From: Raillietiella orientalis
Taxonomy: Eukaryota
DNA: 64,000 nucleotides
Direction: 5' to 3'
NCBI GenBank assembly: GCA_036172245.1
Contig: JAYWIR010000007.1
Span: forward strand, 5,270,001-5,334,000
The translations under genes and the position numbers were made by a program. The notes beneath the pieces are model-generated. The model was given only the letters and a program-made list of their open reading frames with translations. It was not told where the DNA came from and made no database searches. Each line of letters begins with the position of its first letter. Position 1 is the stretch's first letter. This document shows positions 38,601 through 50,400 of this stretch, piece by piece.

Positions 38601-41600
38601 TCTCGCCGCCCCCTCCACTCATTAGGACGCGCACCTGATGTTGGCCAGACTGCTCCGGTAGGCGGCACCGATGGTGTGGATGAAGTCCCACTGTTCCTTG
38701 GTCTGGGGGGAGCCCACGTTGTCCACGGTGAGCTGCGCCTCGTCGTATAGCCATTGGAACAGGAAGACGGGCTCTGGAGAAAGGCGTGGCGCGTTTCCAG
38801 CCTGGGCATGCTCATCCCTACCGCGCAGCGTGGGGTACAGGCGGTACCCGAAGAAGCACCTCCACTCGTCCCGGCCGTACTTCTTCCTGCAGGAAACGGG
38901 GAGTCGTCCCTTCCAGAGGCTGACGGCCTTGCGGATGGGCCGGAAGGCGGAAGGGTGTACTGTGTGCTCCGCGGAGTGCGCCTTCCATACCGAAGGAGCC
39001 AGCGGCAGGAAAGGGGGATGATCCAGGAACCAGCCAGAGTCGGTGACACCCCGCACGTCGATCGCGCGGCCCAGGGATTTCAGGAAGGCGGACACATGGT
39101 CGATGTTGATCATCACGCCGACCCCGCCAGCACTGCAAAGAAGGGGAGCTGCGCTCAGTCTCCAGAGGTCACCCCCCACCCTCCCGCTTCCTCCTCCAAG
39201 ACTGGATCTCTCCCTCCTACCCTTCTCCCCTGGAGAAAGCAGTCCGCCCGCCCTCCCCTCCCGTCTCAGGGAGGAAGTGATTTTCTCTTGTCCACACGGG
39301 GGTGATCTGGAGGAGTGGAGGCAGAAAACCGAGGCATCCTCCAGACCCTTCTGCTTCCTGTTGTCCGGCAACAAAAGGGATCGAAGTGAGGAGGAGAGTG
39401 GGCTGCCTCTCCCAGAATGATAGTCGTGGAAGCGGACGGCGAGGCTAAGCGTCCTCATTCAATGCCTCACACGAGAAGGCCTCGAAAGAGGCGGGGAGAG
39501 GTCGTGCACCTCCTCATCTCGCTCCCTTCCTTCCCATGCGCCGGGACAGCAGCAGCGCTTCCCAGAGCAGTATGCCATCCGAGTCTCCCTCTATTCCTGC
39601 AAACGAGGTGCGGCGCCGTCGGAGGTCTCGGCTAGGTAGGACTTTTCGGAGCTGACTGGGACACGCCCACCCCTACTCCCTGTCGCCCCTTAGAAAAGAC
39701 GGCCGAGAGGGAGGAAGAGGGAAAAGGGATCTTCAGCACAAGCTCTTGGTGCCCTTTCTTCCCTCTCGGAAGCCGGTTCGACTACTGCCGACTTTCTTCC
39801 CACCTCCTGGGAGGGAAGGGGAGGACAAGGAGGCCCAGGAGGGGGATACTTTTGTTTCTCCCTGGTCACCCAGAAATGCGACTCGTTCTGCTCCCACGTT
39901 CCGCTCCTAAGGTAAAGGGAGTCGACGTGTTCCCCCTTCCCCTGCCACTGTGGAAAATGGGAAGGGATGCCCCAGTTCACTCCTAGTCAACTCCCCCCGC
40001 TTCGGGTGAGAACATACTCGACGTTCTCTGAAAGGGTGCCCCCCTCCTGCCCCTCTCGGGAATGCTTCCATTCCTGAGAGGAAGGGACCTCAGAGAGACT
40101 CCGCACCGTCCGGAGGGAGTGACCCTCGCCTGCAGGGGAAGACGAGGGGGACAAGGGTCTCTCCCGTGAGGGAGAGGCATGTACGCTAAAGAACTGCTCC
40201 CTAGAGCAGAGCGACCCCTGTTTCCAGGTAGACGAGAGCGGGAATCTGGGTCTTCACGTTCCCTCTTCCTAAAGAAAGAAAGGGAAGGGAAAGAAGGACG
40301 GAAGGGGTCCGCGGGATCGGGTCGTGAGCACCCAGGAGGAGGATAGAGCAGTGTTCTCCATCCTGCCTCCCCGCTTGGGCACAGTCTCGCTGCTTTCCAC
40401 GGTCCCACCTCGGGAGGATGGAGGCCGTTCGCCATGGGGACGGAGGGGAGAGCTTCCGAGGAAAGCTTGTCGCATCCCCGCGCTGCAGGAATAGTTGCTG
40501 TCCTGATCTCGTCCAACGCTCTCTCCCCCCTTCCCGGATGCATCCGCGCAAGGTGGAGGGCGCAGCCCCCCCCACAGCTGTAAGGGCGCGCTCCTCTCCA
40601 GGAGCGGATGCGTCTCTTGCGCTTTGCATTCGTCGCCGCTTGCGTTCCCGGTGATCCTTCCAGCGGTTCTTTCTTCCTCCTCTCCCGGGATGCAGTGTAC
40701 CTGGACCTCGAGGAGATGCTGAGGAAGATCCCGTTCTGTTCCCGCAGAACCACGAATGGATAGGATCAGACCTTGAGGCTAAGTCTCGTCGCCAGGGGGA
40801 GGCACATACGGGGAAAAGGGGAAGGAAAGAGGTGAAGAGGTAGCGCCCTCCCGCATGGGTCCAAAACCGTCTTTTACGTGTCGACGTCAGGCGGAGAAGA
40901 AACCCCAGAAGCCGACAGGGAAGAAGCGAGCGCGAAATCGCCGTCTATAAACAGGGAAGAAGCGAGCTCTTGGCGTTCCACGGGTAGCAACGCACGCGTG
41001 ACCAACCCCTTGTCCCTTCCCTGACCCTGCTCACACATGTCCGAGCTGAAGGAGCATCCGGGAAGAAAGAATGCAACTCAAACGAAAGGAAGTTTTCCTT
41101 GGTCGGCTCCAGGACAATCATCCTCTCCGCGGACAGAGAGGGTGAGGCCGCGTTACAGCAGCAGTGAAAGACAACATGTTGAAAGACATCGCCACCCACA
41201 CGTGGTCACTCTCAGAGGAATGATAACTGCTCTGGTTCGCTCTTCGTTCCCGCTTAGAAGCGGAATCCCAGCGCGACGGAAAAACCGCACTCTTGCAGGG
41301 CGGCGTCCGAGCCGAGACCCAGCATCGAGTTTCCCCACGGGAGCGCCCATCGCAAGGAAGCAAGGGTGATTTCCACCTACCTGCTCCCTACAAGAATCAG
41401 CGTGCTGTGGTTGTCCAAGCCTTCGAAGAGCAAATCCCTCACAACTTCCTGCACAATGAGCGAACCCATGAAGGCGAAATTCCCGGTGTCTTCTTTTGAG
41501 GCTACTCCACTCCAGCAATCACTCGAGCAGTAAGGTATGAAGCTGGAATCACATGCAGTGGGAGACGCTTGAGAACAAACTTCCAAGAGCGCGAAGAGCC

Positions 41601-44600
41601 TTGAACGGCCCGGGGTCTCGCGGGAGGGTGGTCCTGCGACTAGCGCACGGTGAGCGCGACCAACTCCATGCTCACCCGAAGCTTCGATAGCGTGGACACC
41701 GTGGGGTCGCTCATGCCTATTGCGAGGAGCATCCCTACGGCGCGGCAAACAACACGAGCGTGCACCTTATTACAGGAAGAATTCCTGTTCGCGGCGGTCC
41801 AGGCCCGGGATGGGCACGCCACGTCAACAATGCAGAGCCGGCCCACTGTTGACGCAGCACGCGACCGTCCCGCCGGAAATCGCCGTCTATAAATAAACCA
41901 CGAAACAACTATCCTGAAGCGAAAAGCGAGAATCCCACGACAGGGAGGGGGAGTGGGAAGCAGACACTGCGCAGGACGCCGCACGACTTCGAGGAGAGGC
42001 TGCATCTTGGGATCCTCCTCAAGTACCTTCGTCGGTTCCCGGTACGGATTCTCACGCCTCCTGAATTCTGTCGGGAGTTGTGATCGACGTGTCGAAGAGA
42101 CGTGCATGACCGAGCATGGCGACCGAAGTTGCCCCCTTGGCGCTCCAAACAAGCGACCAGTGAGTTCAGCACGTGGTGGTGGTACTCCGCGCCTGCAGAC
42201 GTAAGTGTGCTGCTCCACTCGGTTCCCGCCTTTCACCGGTTGTTCCGTGCACACCGTTTGGTTGTAGCAGCACGTGCATGCGCATAGCGTGCGTGCTTCC
42301 GTGATCGAAAGCACGTGAATGCTTTCTCCAAGAGTCTCCGCCACGAAGCTCTTCGATCCATGTGCACTCTCTCGGAGAGGTGGTGGCGACACACCTACCA
42401 TCAGTACGACGCGGAGGGTCCCCCTTGGGATAGGGAGTCCGCTCCTTCACAACCGGAGGGGGAGCTCCCACTCCTTGATTCCCGGAGGGACCCGGAGGTC
42501 GACTCCCATTTGCCCCGGACCTCATCAGGGACATCCGGTTTGAACCGCTACCAGTGCCGCACCTGGATGCATGTAGGCAAACCAGCGTCATCTTGTGGAG
42601 TCAACTCGGGACCCACGACGCACTGAGTAGGTTCCTTTCCATCTTCCTAAAGTCTGCACAGATCCAAGCATCGTCTCACTTGCGATTTGCGTGCACGACA
42701 GAAGTGCATCAGGAGGCTGTGACAAGGCGAACGCCAAAACGACGGTTCCTGGAGCGTCGCTGACGTGAGGCGCGCTTGTTGCCGTGGGAACGGGAAGCGA
42801 GCTTTCGGTGTGCATGGCTCTTCTGTAGGTCGCTCGCCTTCCGTCCTAAGGCCTCCTTTTAAGGGAATCCAACGCGTGTGCTTCCCTGGTCGTACAACTC
42901 TTGCCTTGCTTTCTCCTAAGACAACGAACACGGCCTTCCTACAGCTTCACGCCCCAGCTTCGCGGTCGGAGAGTGCAGTTATTCCGGCTGAGCTTTTTCA
43001 GTCACAGTCCAGTCCCTAGAGTACTGCCATCTCGATGCCATTCTCAAACGGAGTCATTTAAAGGCCACGGTAAAGATCTCTCCCCCGCGGCCCTCCCTCC
43101 TTCACCACCACCACAGAGTTTTCGGAACGCTCGGAATTGGACCTCTGTTTCCCGAACTCAAAACGGCGTGCGGCGTGCCTTGCCAACCTGGTCCGTGAGA
43201 GTGTTCATCCGTGACATCCGCTTCTCGAAGCGTGCCCCGAGAGGGCTGACCAGAAACACAGCACCGGAAAGGCAATGGAATCACCGCACAGTCCATGGGG
43301 ACAGGAGAAACTTTCCTGCTCCTGGATGTTTTTTCGTTTGGAAGTTGTCCTTTTGGGGGTAGCGGGGGGGGGGAGGGGGTGTTTTTCTTTCGTTTCGTTT
43401 TGTTCTGTTTGAAGTAAAATGCAGAAAGAAAAAAAAACACACACACACATCCGCCCTCACAACGGTTTCTAGGTTTGGCCTAGGTTCGAAGGAAGTGCTG
43501 CAAGCTAAAAGAACGAAATACGAAGAAAAACCAATACATGTGAGCACATGTACATTTACATGCTTGTGCATGTACAGTTGTTATACGTGCCCGCGTCTCC
43601 GAATTTCGTCTCTTTGCAATGTTTCCAGAGCCTATGCGAAACATGCCGCCCTTCCACCAGTTCCAGCATCCCTGACTTGGACCCCATCAGCAAAATATCT
43701 TCTGCACATGCGGATACCAAGAACTTGCAGAACCCAGCGGTCTTTAGGACCCTTCGCCTGCTCCAAGTCATGCAAGCGACCCCATTATTTATTTATTTGT
43801 TTATTTTGGGGGGGAGGGGGGAGGAGGGAGGGTTTTCTAAGTACTGAAGAACCGTCCGCCTCCTTGGGGAGAAAGGGGAGCTCACAAAACTCTTTAACGC
43901 TGTCCCTGCCACCCGAGGGGGAGTGTAACTCTTCAAGTTATAGGAAGTGCCCCGGGAGGAGATCACCCCATGAATCCGGAAAGGGCTTCCGGGATTCATT
44001 TCTCACACTTGGGAAGCAACCCCGAAGGGAACCCCTTCCTTGCTCGTTCCGGTGAGGATCCGCTCCTCATTTCTTCTCCCATTGTTGGTGCCCCAGGGAA
44101 ACAGAAAGCTGTTCCGATCCTGCTTCGGATGCTCCATTTTCTCACCCGTACCCTTGGGAGTTTCCTGTCCCGAGCACATCCCGCATTGGAGGCCGCGCGG
44201 CACCGGCCATCGCGGGTTCGAATCCCGCTAGGGGAAGGGTCGACGCAGAGAACGGGGAGTGAGTCGTGCATATCGAGTTCCCCCCGCAAATTCCACCAGT
44301 GTGCCGCCTCCGGGTGCGGCACACTGGTGGAAGCCCGATGTCCCCGTCCACTGGCCGGGATTGGAAGTTGAGCCTCTGAGGTTATTCCAGAGATTAAGGA
44401 GTTCGTTCCCTTCCGGTTGTGAGAATGGATCGCCCTCCATGGCGTACCATGGAGTTGGCTGGTACCTCCCCTCGGGGGTTGTCTCTCCAGAGAGTGTCAG
44501 AAGCGCGCTGCTACCTTCGGAGAGCGGCCCTTCAGAGAAATTGGGAAGCATTCCTTCGGGATTCTCTTCAGAGGAGGAGAAAAACAGGGAGCAGTTCCCT

Positions 44601-47400
44601 TCGGAGAAGAAATAATGGAGCGACTCCCTCTGGAAGGGTTCTCCGGAGAGAATAAGGAAGGAGGTTTCCTTCGGGGCTCCTCCCAAACGTGAGAGGAACG
44701 GACTCATTCCTCTGGACCCCTTCTAGGATTCGTAGGGTAGTTCCCTCCCTATAACTTGAAGAAGAGTTACTACACGCCCCCTTGGGTGGCGCGGACGGCT
44801 TCGTTGAAGAATTCTTCGCGAACCGTCAGGCAAACGGCGGTTCTTCAGTACTTTGCAAACCCAAAAAAAAAAAAAAAAAGGAAGTCCGAAAAAAAACAAA
44901 AACAAAAAAAATCCCCGGTCGCACCTCCCAAAGAGCTCACCCCTCACGCGCCCACCTTTAATCCGGGCACTCCGAAGAATCTTCCGATCTCTTTGCGCGC
45001 GGACCGGCAAAGAGATCGGAAGATTCCGCCGACCGGAAAAAGGGGGAGGACAGCCTCGTCTGCTTTCGGGCAGACTCTTTGCCGGTCCCTGTGAGCCGCA
45101 CGCCCCAAACACGGGACCATTGAAAGCGGGAAACAATGGGGGGTGAGGGTGGGGGAGCGCAGTCTTCTCCTCCGGACAGCAGACTCGCTCCGCTGCCCAC
45201 TCGGGAGTCGGCAAGAAGCGCGCGCCGGAACCGACCACGGGAGCTGCTCGGCTTCCAGCGAACACCCCTCTCCTTCACTTTGAGCAGCTCCCTTCGCAGA
45301 GGCGCTCTCCTCTGCGTCGCCCCGCGTGTGAAACGTGATTATCCCTTCCCTCCTTCGCGCCCTCTCCACTGATGCATCACTCCGCTGGAGAACTTCAAAG
45401 CGCTTGCATCGCGCTAATTCAGCGGGCTCCACGGCGACAAAGAGACAACGCGTACATCACACTCCGACCTGCATCCAATCCTGGATCCATTATTCCGATG
45501 CTCGCGCCCTGCGGCTTCAAATGTTTTCTCTCCGGTCCCTCTACCCGTGCACGTTCCCCGACGCCTGTTTCGTGTTTCCGTTTCCAGGAAGCGGTCCCGT
45601 CTCGTTACATCTGTTGCTGCCCCCTCCTCCTTCCCCCCTTTTAACCTCATCGCCGCTTCGGCGTCTTTGTCTCCCATTTGGAAACCGAGAGCTTTCCTTC
45701 TCATCCAGCTCCCGCGTAGGAGAACCCGCTTTCCCATTCGTTTCTGCTGGAGCCTGAGACTTTGCATCTCGGCGGCACCTAACGCTTCGCTGACGCGGAC
45801 AGCAAGTGTCCTCCTCTGTCCCGCGGGGTTCGCGCGTTCGGCCGCTGCCCCTAAAGCTTCCCGCGACGAGGGAAACTTGCAAGGCCGCGCGTGCAAAGAC
45901 CCCTCAGACTTCGTTGCCAATGGATGCAGGCTCGTGAGGGAGCATTCCCCTCCTGGAGAACAGCGAATGCGGATTTTCCCATTCCCTCGGCTTTCTTCCC
46001 GTTTCCCGGTCGGAATCCACGGCAGTGGCACACCGTCCCTTCTCCGCGTCTCGGCAGGATCGTGCAGCATAAAAGCCGCCCGCGCATCCGCGGCTTCTCG
46101 GTCACCTCGGGCAGGGTCAGGGAGGCAGGATGAGAATAGAACGAGCCCCCCATCTTGCATCCGATCCGAGGCTCGGAATTCCAACTCGAGCCCACGTCGC
46201 CGCCCCACTGCTCGATCCGGCTCCACAGTTTCCCCCCCCCCCCCCCCCCCCCACGCAGCCTCCGTGTTACGTCCATCCCGCCATTCGAAGGAAGAAGCGG
46301 TGGATGGATGCCTGGCAACGGAATCTCGACTTCCAGGCGGCGGGAAACTTCGAAACACGGAAACCGCGCATTTTCAGTCGCCGGGCAGCTTTGCACAATT
46401 GTACAACAAGTCCTCGGGCTAATTTGCTTACACGTGATTCGTCTCCCACCAAAATGGATTTTCCTCCGGGTCCGACGACAAGATGCCGCTACCTGCAATG
46501 GAAAGGGACAGTTCAGGCATTTGAAACTTCACGTCTGGTCATGTTTGAATATTGCTAAAGAACAGCGAATGTCACGAATTGCCTGTTGGATTGACGACGG
46601 AGGTCACTCCCTCACGATTTCGTTTTCGACTCGTGCAGACCGGGAAGTTCCGAAACAAGGAGGCGAGAGGTTTCGCTCGCAGCAAGGAATGGAGAGAGAT
46701 GCGCTCGCTATCCCGTAAGGACAGGAAGAAAAAGAAAAAAAAAAAAAAACGATGAATAATTCATGGGAGTCGCTTTGCATAACGAGTAAGCACATCACAA
46801 ATGGACAGTGGACGTGTGTTCGTTACACATAGGCGGTTCGTCTCATCTCCAAGAAACAAGGACAGAGATCCGATCGACTCCTTCAGAGCAAACTGCCAGA
46901 GAAACAGATTTTCAAGAATGGGAACAGAGGTGCTCAGCGCAAATCCCCGAATTTTCTTTACAACACTTTCTAAATAGCAAGCAAATTTTCTAAGCCAAAA
47001 CCAAAAAAAAAAAAAAAGGGGGGGGGGAGAAGTCACTGAAAATCGATTTCGACATCGCAAAACACTCTGACCAGCACGTGGAAAGTAATAAAGGTCAAAT
47101 GACCTATGGGGTGGCAGCAAAGAGAAAAGAAGCAAGAGCACTCTGATGGAATGTTTATGAAACTCAGTACTCGACGGATTGGCACAGCAAAATCCCAGTG
47201 ACCGGAGTCAGCGTCGCATTCCGGTACGTCCAGCCCCGAGGGCCTACCCAGAGGAATGAATGCGTTGCAGGACACGTACTTGCAAAACCTGCAAACTAAT
47301 GAAGTAACCAATTGCTAAAATCAAGAGTGAAAATATACCGCTTTGGGAACATAAAGAAGAAAAGACAAAGAAGAGGAAGAAGAAGAAAAAAAAAAAAAAA

Positions 47401-47431
<31 letters not shown>

Positions 47432-50400
47432 CGGGGGGGGAGAGCCAAGTAGAAATTTCAACAGCTTGTCCAGAATTCAATTCAACAGTTTGTGCACTCG
47501 TGTCTTGTACATTTGAAACTTCATTTGTGGAGAGGCAAAAAAGCGGATGAAGTGAAACCCGAGTGCATTCGTACCTTGCCATACCAAAAGCACTAAGCGA
47601 AGAAACGAATGAAGAGAGAAAGGACTGGACCATATCGAACGTTTACAAAGACATACTCTTCGCTTTCCAGCCACCGAATGCCCTCTCCCTTCTTCCCCCT
47701 CCCCCCCACCTCACGTCCCCCCTTTTGTTTGATCGTCTGGTAGTGGAAGGAAGTGGATTGGTTTCCCTTATTATCCGTCAGGGATTCCAGGAAAGAAGGT
47801 GCACTCAGAACTCACTCGGCGGCAACCGACGGCCATCTCATCCGAGCCGCCGGAGCAAGACAAAACGTCTGATCTGACGGGATTCGCGAAAAAGTTGGAA
47901 CCTAGGGAAAAGACTCGTGAAACACGGAGGAGGGGGCTGCCGCGCGTGTTCGTGTCCACGGTCGGGCTGGTCATCACGGAGCGCCGATGACTTCTCCAGT
48001 GTGTTCTCGCTGCTTTCCGTCCGATCGGCCAATCAGATCCGATTTCGATTGTTGAGTTGGTTCAACGGGATGCGATAACTGCGCCATGCCCCTTGTTAAT
48101 CAAGATGGGGGAGGAGCCCTGGTTAATAATGGGAACTTTCGATCCGCCATTTGCTTTGTGTGTGTGTGTGTGTGTGTCACGGTGCAGAGGAAATGACTAC
48201 ACGGGCACGTTGAATTTTCGGGGGAGACTTCCTCCTTTTTTTTTTTTTTTTTTTCCTTTCTCGGGACCGTAACGGCAGTGAACAACCCAAAGAAAGCGGG
48301 GATGGGGGAGGAGGAAACGAATAGAAATCGCTCATTTACTTAATCTGGACTTTTTCCAGAATGCAGACGTCATCAGTGGGGTAGATCGATGGTACCTGAT
48401 CTCGCAGCTTTTCTGATCGTAGCAGTACCATCCCCCTGAAAAGAGATGTGCATCCATCAGGGAGGGAGAGACGTGGCGGACTCGTACCTTCCAGATAAAC
48501 GATCCAGCGCTTGCTCCCGGGGGACTTGCGGAGGTAGAACCTATCCAAAACGCAGACGCGTTAGTTTTCGATGCATCCAACTCTTTTTTTTTTTTTTTGT
48601 TTAATTCGCACACTCCAGCGTTTTCGCGAGTCGTTTCCATGTAGAAATCGCGTTCGCAACGAAGATGCGGTGGCTGAAGGATGTGCTCAGAGAAAAGGAA
48701 AAAACAGGCGGAGAGACGGTCGGGGAGGAGAGGCAGGGAAGAAGAGAGGACGCGCACTCTGGTTCCTGCGAAGCCCTGCGACCCGAGATCCAGGTAACCC
48801 ACGCGCGCTTGTTCTTTTCTCGAGCGCTGGAAATCGCCGCGACGAGGAATAGAGAATTCTTTTCGGGTCCTTGCTGACCAGCTTTGCCGTTCGGGGCGAC
48901 GGTGAAACTACAAGCAGGACTGGCTCGCGAACGAGGTCAACTGCCGCCTGCGGACTTCGCGATCGCGCGCGGCAGGAGTTCGGCGATCGCCCGTAGCCTG
49001 CTGCTCCCTTCCTGGGGCGAGGCCGGTGAGCCCCTCGATCCTCCGACCGGGGTTCTGCTGCCGGAAGGGTAGGGATAGGGGACCGAAGCAACCGAGGGAG
49101 CGAACCGGGAAAACGCAGCATTGGAGGGGAAAGGAGAGTGCTGGGAAGAGGAGCCCGCGCCACGAGCGCAGCCGCAGGAGAGTCGCCCTCGAGCAAGCAC
49201 CTCCCATCCCTGCAGCCCCCCACCCTCTCCCTCCCCATCGTTTCATTCCATGAAATCCATTTCTTGCGCTTCTTTCTTTTTTCCGACTCTGCCTGGAAGG
49301 GAGGCAGCGGAGAGGACACCTCGCTGAGGCGTCCCCCGGGGAAGGGGGGAGGGAGGTGGATGGCCACCCTCGTGCACATCCCTGCAGCAACGAGAGGCCG
49401 CCTCGTCCGACGTTGCCGATCGAGGCGGGTGCTCCTGCCCGCTCGCTCGCCTCCCCCGTCCCCCTCCCGGCTTCTCTCGCGCGACGGCAGCTTTCCGCCG
49501 CCCTGACGTCAGCAGCGCCCAAGTTTCGGGGCACGGGGAAAGCGGTCAGACGGCGATCCGTTGGCGTGTGTCATGAGGCAGCAACAAGGAGATGGGTCGG
49601 CCGCGGCGCCTTTGACATCAAAGAAGCCGCCTCAGCCGGGTACTGATGAGAAAATTAATCACGGCTCTCCCTAGCCTGGAGGCGGCTGGGAAGCGGGGGA
49701 GGGAGGGAAGGAAGAGAGGTGCAAGCGAATGGAAACGCCCCCCCCCCTTTCTCTCTCTCTCTCTCATTCTCCGCAAAAAAACCTCCCCTTCTCCCCTCTC
49801 CCCCTCCCCAATGCATACGCGCGCGCGCGCGGTTTGCCCCTCCTTCCGGAAAAGTCGATCCGCCTGGACAGAGCATGGGAGCGAGGTAGAACGAAGGGCC
49901 AGGAGGGCGAGTTGTCTCTCTGCCTCCGCAGCTCGCGCTCCAGTTGCAGAGGGACCAAAGGGACTCGAGACAACAGCGCGGCTTCGAAGAGGAGGAGGAG
50001 GAGGAGAGAAGGGAGAGAGCGGTAAAAGTGGCGGGACAGAGGAGGCGGTGTTCTGTCGCTCTCACTTCCCCAGCCCCTGCCCCCCCCCTCCCCCATCATC
50101 CATCCTCTCTGCACTCACGGTTACTGTGGTAACGTACCCCGCGGGCGTTCCATCATTGCAGGTGACGCTGCGATTGCTGAGATAACGTCTCCAGAGCGGC
50201 CTGGTCCCGGGCGCGCCGCTTTCTCCGCGGTGCAGCTGAAGGACACAGACAGACACCATCCATTATTCGCTATCTCGTGGAAGAGATCGGCAGCGGCGGT
50301 GCAGCAGAAAACCTCCGGCGTCTCCCCGGAAGACAAAATTCCTTCGCTGATTGAGGAGGGTGGGTGCGTGGGCGAAGAGCAGCGGCCGCCTCGCCGCGCC

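Noticed and set aside
44150..44236. tRNA gene suggested by a perfect T-arm and B-box (GCGGG-TTCGAAT-CCCGC at ~44212-44228)
   Set aside because: No A-box or D-arm, no convincing anticodon arm and only a poor acceptor stem; it lies within the foldback arm. At most a tRNA/SINE-derived fragment.
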